From positions 5,327 to 69,326 of the forward strand of contig JAZOMF010000079.1 in NCBI GenBank assembly GCA_045653805.1: a DNA stretch of 64,000 bases, read 5' to 3'. The stretch is from Eubacteriales bacterium (GTDB taxonomy: Bacteria; Bacillota; Clostridia; Oscillospirales; CAG-272). The translations under genes and the position numbers were made by a program. Shown here piece by piece: positions 61,744 through 64,000 of this stretch. The notes under the pieces were generated by a model that saw only the letters and a program-made list of their open reading frames with translations, was not told where the DNA came from and made no database searches. Position 1 is the stretch's first letter. The number at the start of each line of letters is the position of its first letter.

Positions 61744-62618
61744 TTGCCGATAATTGCCGAAAGATTGCTCTGTATCTTCTCGGCAATCTCGGGCTTGTTC
61801 ATGGAATAAACGTGCACGTTAGTAATTCCGTTGGCGTATAGGTCGATTATCTGATCTGTGGCGTAGGCAATGCCGGCCTGCTTCATCGCCTCGGGATTCG
61901 AGCCGAATTTATCAACCAAGCTCTTAAATCTCTGTGGCATAAATGAGCCCGAAAGCTTGATGGAGCGAGCCACCTGATTTGCATTTGTGATAGGCATAAT
62001 GCCGGGGATAACGGGCACGGTAATGCCTGCCTCACGAATCTTGTAGAGGAAGGTGTAGAGCAGATTGTTGTCGAAAAACATCTGTGTGGTAAGGAAATCA
62101 CAGCCTGCGTCAATCTTTTCTTTGAGGTGCTTGATGTCTTCCATTTGGTTGGCACTTTCTGGGTGAATCTCGGGGTAGCAAGCGCCACCAATGCAGAAAT
62201 CCGCACCCGATTCGCGTAGCTCGCGGATAAGGTCTATGGCGTGGTGATATTCCCAGCCGCTTCTGTCCTCGTCAAGTCTGTCAGCAGGGATGTCGCCGCG
62301 GAGGGCCATTACGTTCTGAATACCGGCATCCTTGATGCGCTCTATCATATCCTTGACCGTCTCACTTGTGGAGGAAACGCAAGTAAGATGCGCCACGGTA
62401 GGCACGCCGTAAAGCTCCTTTATGTTCTTGGCAATATCGAGAGTATATTGACTTGTTCCGCCGCCTGCGCCGTATGTCACACTCATAAAAGAGGGCTTCA
62501 GCTTTGCGATCTCCTCGGTAGCCGACTTCACACTTTCAAATGCGGTAGTGTTCTTGGGAGGAAAGACCTCAAAGGAGAGGTGGGGAATGTCTTTATTTAA
62601 AATATCAGTCAGTTTCAT
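61740..62618 (-). CDS. metF: 5,10-methylenetetrahydrofolate reductase
   Basis: It has SFEVFPPK, SVTYGAGG, HLTC and ALRGD motifs. The protein is 292 aa. Confidence 0.9.
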   Translation of the reverse strand: MKLTDILNKDIPHLSFEVFPPKNTTAFESVKSATEEIAKLKPSFMSVTYGAGGGTSQYTLDIAKNIKELYGVPTVAHLTCVSSTSETVKDMIERIKDAGIQNVMALRGDIPADRLDEDRSGWEYHHAIDLIRELRESGADFCIGGACYPEIHPESANQMEDIKHLKEKIDAGCDFLTTQMFFDNNLLYTFLYKIREAGITVPVIPGIMPITNANQVARSIKLSGSFMPQRFKSLVDKFGSNPEAMKQAGIAYATDQIIDLYANGITNVHVYSMNKPEIAEKIQSNLSAIIGK

Positions 62619-62719
62619 AGTAATTTACCGTCCAAAAGAATATTCCATTATATTTTATCACAAATTAGAGGATTTTTCAATATATTTAACTTAAATAATA
62701 TTATATTTTATAAAGGGTC

Positions 62720-62748
62720 TTGACTTTGATTCTTTTTTTGTGTATAAT
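62720..62748 (+). promoter_or_regulatory. Sigma-A type promoter for the MATE transporter gene
   Basis: TTGACT (62720-62725), a 17-nt spacer ending in TGTG, then TATAAT (62743-62748). Confidence 0.6.
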
Positions 62749-62780
62749 ACTTTCGTTTATGAAAAAATATGGAGATAACT

Positions 62781-64000
62781 ATGAAGATCAAGCTTTCGGA
62801 TCATTTCAGCTACGGCAGACTTCTGCGATTTACTCTGCCGAGCATTGCAATGATGATATTTACGTCGATCTACGGTGTAGTTGACGGTTTTTTTATATCG
62901 ACCTTTACAAATAAGACCTCTTTTGCGGCGGTCAACTTTATTTTTCCCTTTATAATGATGCTTGGCGCTATAGGATTTATGTTTGGCGCGGGCGGCAACG
63001 CCCTTGTAGCGAAAACTCTTGGAGAGGGAGATAGAGAAAAGTCCAATAAGCTTTTCTCAATGATAATTTACCTTTCCATTATTGTGGGCGCAGTAATTAC
63101 CGTGTTGGGACTCGTCTTTATTCGACCGGTAGCGGATCTTCTTGGAGCAGAGGGACAGATGTTGGATGATTGCGTAACCTATGGGCGAATCGTACTACTT
63201 TCAATGATACCCTTTATGCTTCAGATTGAATTTCAAAGCTTTTTTATCACGGCAGAGAAGCCAAAGCTCGGTCTCTTCGCTACTTTGGCGGCAGGAATTG
63301 CCAATATGGTGCTTGACTTTCTCTTCGTCGGTGTATTTGGCTTTGATCTTGTGGGCGCGGCGTGTGCAACTGCCATAAGCCAAGCGATCGGTGGATTTTT
63401 CTCCCTTGGATATTTCATTTTGCCGATAAATAACAGCCTTTTAAAGCTTACTCGTTTCAGCTTTGATTTCGGAGCACTTGTAAATACCTGCACCAACGGT
63501 TGCTCCGAACTTATGAGCAATATCTCGATGTCACTTGTAAGTATGCTCTATAATTTCCAGCTTATGAGGATAGAGGGCGAGGACGGCGTTGCGGCATACG
63601 GCGTGCTGATGTACGTTTGTATGATATTTTTATCAATTTTTATCGGTTATTCCATCGGCACAGCGCCCATAATCGGATTCAACTACGGCTCAGGAAATCA
63701 CGCAGAGCTTAAAAATATGCTAAAAAAGAGCATAGTGCTTATAAGTGTTAGCTCGGTTGCTATGATGATTTTGTCATTGGTGATGGCGTCTCCCTTGTCG
63801 CACCTTTTTGTGGGATATGACGATGAGCTCTTACAGCTGACGAAACGAGGATTTTATATCTTCTCGGCATCGTTTTTGTTCTGCGGAATAGGAATTTTCG
63901 GCTCGTCCTTCTTCACGGCGCTGAATAACGGAGTAATATCCGCAGTTATCTCGTTTATGAGAACACTGGTTTTTCAAACCGCGGCGGTGCTGATCCTACC
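62781..64000 (+). CDS. MATE family efflux transporter (3' end beyond the window)
   Basis: This gene is not in the ORF track because no stop codon is reached. I translated it by hand. MKIKLSDHFSYGRLLRFTLPSIAMMIFTSIYGVVDGFFIS... stays open to position 64000 with the typical MATE pattern. It has a GGAG RBS. Confidence 0.8.
   Translation, partial: MKIKLSDHFSYGRLLRFTLPSIAMMIFTSIYGVVDGFFISTFTNKTSFAAVNFIFPFIMMLGAIGFMFGAGGNALVAKTLGEGDREKSNKLFSMIIYLSIIVGAVITVLGLVFIRPVADLLGAEGQMLDDCVTYGRIVLLSMIPFMLQIEFQSFFITAEKPKLGLFATLAAGIANMVLDFLFVGVFGFDLVGAACATAISQAIGGFFSLGYFILPINNSLLKLTRFSFDFGALVNTCTNGCSELMSNISMSLVSMLYNFQLMRIEGEDGVAAYGVLMYVCMIFLSIFIGYSIGTAPIIGFNYGSGNHAELKNMLKKSIVLISVSSVAMMILSLVMASPLSHLFVGYDDELLQLTKRGFYIFSASFLFCGIGIFGSSFFTALNNGVISAVISFMRTLVFQTAAVLIL

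Noticed and set aside
62619-62780. An expected SAM riboswitch or T-box leader upstream of the metF / activation-protein / metH operon
   Set aside because: The 160-nt region is AT-rich, with no GC-rich four-way junction, no specifier or T-box sequence and no terminator/antiterminator pair. It appears to hold only promoters, including a clear plus-strand promoter for the MATE gene.

Overview
The window looks like a chromosomal segment of a Clostridia / Oscillospiraceae (Ruminococcus-like) genome. This is inferred from cohesin and dockerin modules, low-GC sigma-A promoters and an IspH-S1 fusion. I saw no integrase, transposase, phage or CRISPR-Cas genes.

Layout:
(1) 1-24.2 kb is one co-directional, tightly packed locus of about 23 genes for a Wzx/Wzy-type surface polysaccharide. 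It has an ATP-grasp enzyme, a small PglC-like initiating phosphoglycosyl transferase, five GT4 glycosyltransferases, Wzy and Wzx. It also has a sialyltransferase-like protein with a CMP-sugar-synthetase-like cytidylyltransferase, plus LicD and an IspD-like cytidylyltransferase. A complete phosphonate module follows (PepM fusion, Fe-alcohol dehydrogenase, phosphonopyruvate decarboxylase), then the UDP-L-FucNAc genes fnlA/B/C interrupted by AT-rich inserts.
(2) 24.3-32 kb is housekeeping: an NCS2 permease, an RpiR regulator, an HI0933-type flavoprotein, cmk, plsC and ispH-rpsA.
(3) 32-34.5 kb holds an orphan membrane coiled-coil protein, tRNA-Val and an inverted-repeat-bounded cassette of about 1 kb.
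(4) 34.6-47 kb holds DegV, a uronate-catabolism set (GH88, kduD, an extended kduI), two AraC regulators, a 1470-aa secreted cohesin+dockerin protein and a small membrane-anchored cohesin protein.
(5) 47-50.6 kb holds a CaCA antiporter, a CPBP protease, an SdpI-like protein and an ArsR regulator.
(6) 50.7-51.2 kb holds tRNA-Pro preceded by tandem units that resemble the tRNA 3' end.
(7) 51.5-58.7 kb is an operon of a fatty-acyl-AMP-ligase/carrier/reductase protein followed by PlsA/PlsR-like anaerobic plasmalogen synthase genes.
(8) 58.7-64 kb holds a split metH, its activation-domain protein, metF and a partial MATE gene.

Most interesting:
- The polysaccharide-embedded phosphonate pathway is predicted to make 2-hydroxyethylphosphonate. 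It has a three-domain nucleotidyltransferase-cytidylyltransferase-PepM fusion and a recombination scar.
- An ElbD-like reductase is linked to plsAR.
- Several unexplained hairpin/short-motif repeat arrays and tRNA-associated repeats are present.

All functional calls come from reading motifs in the supplied translations. No database search was run.
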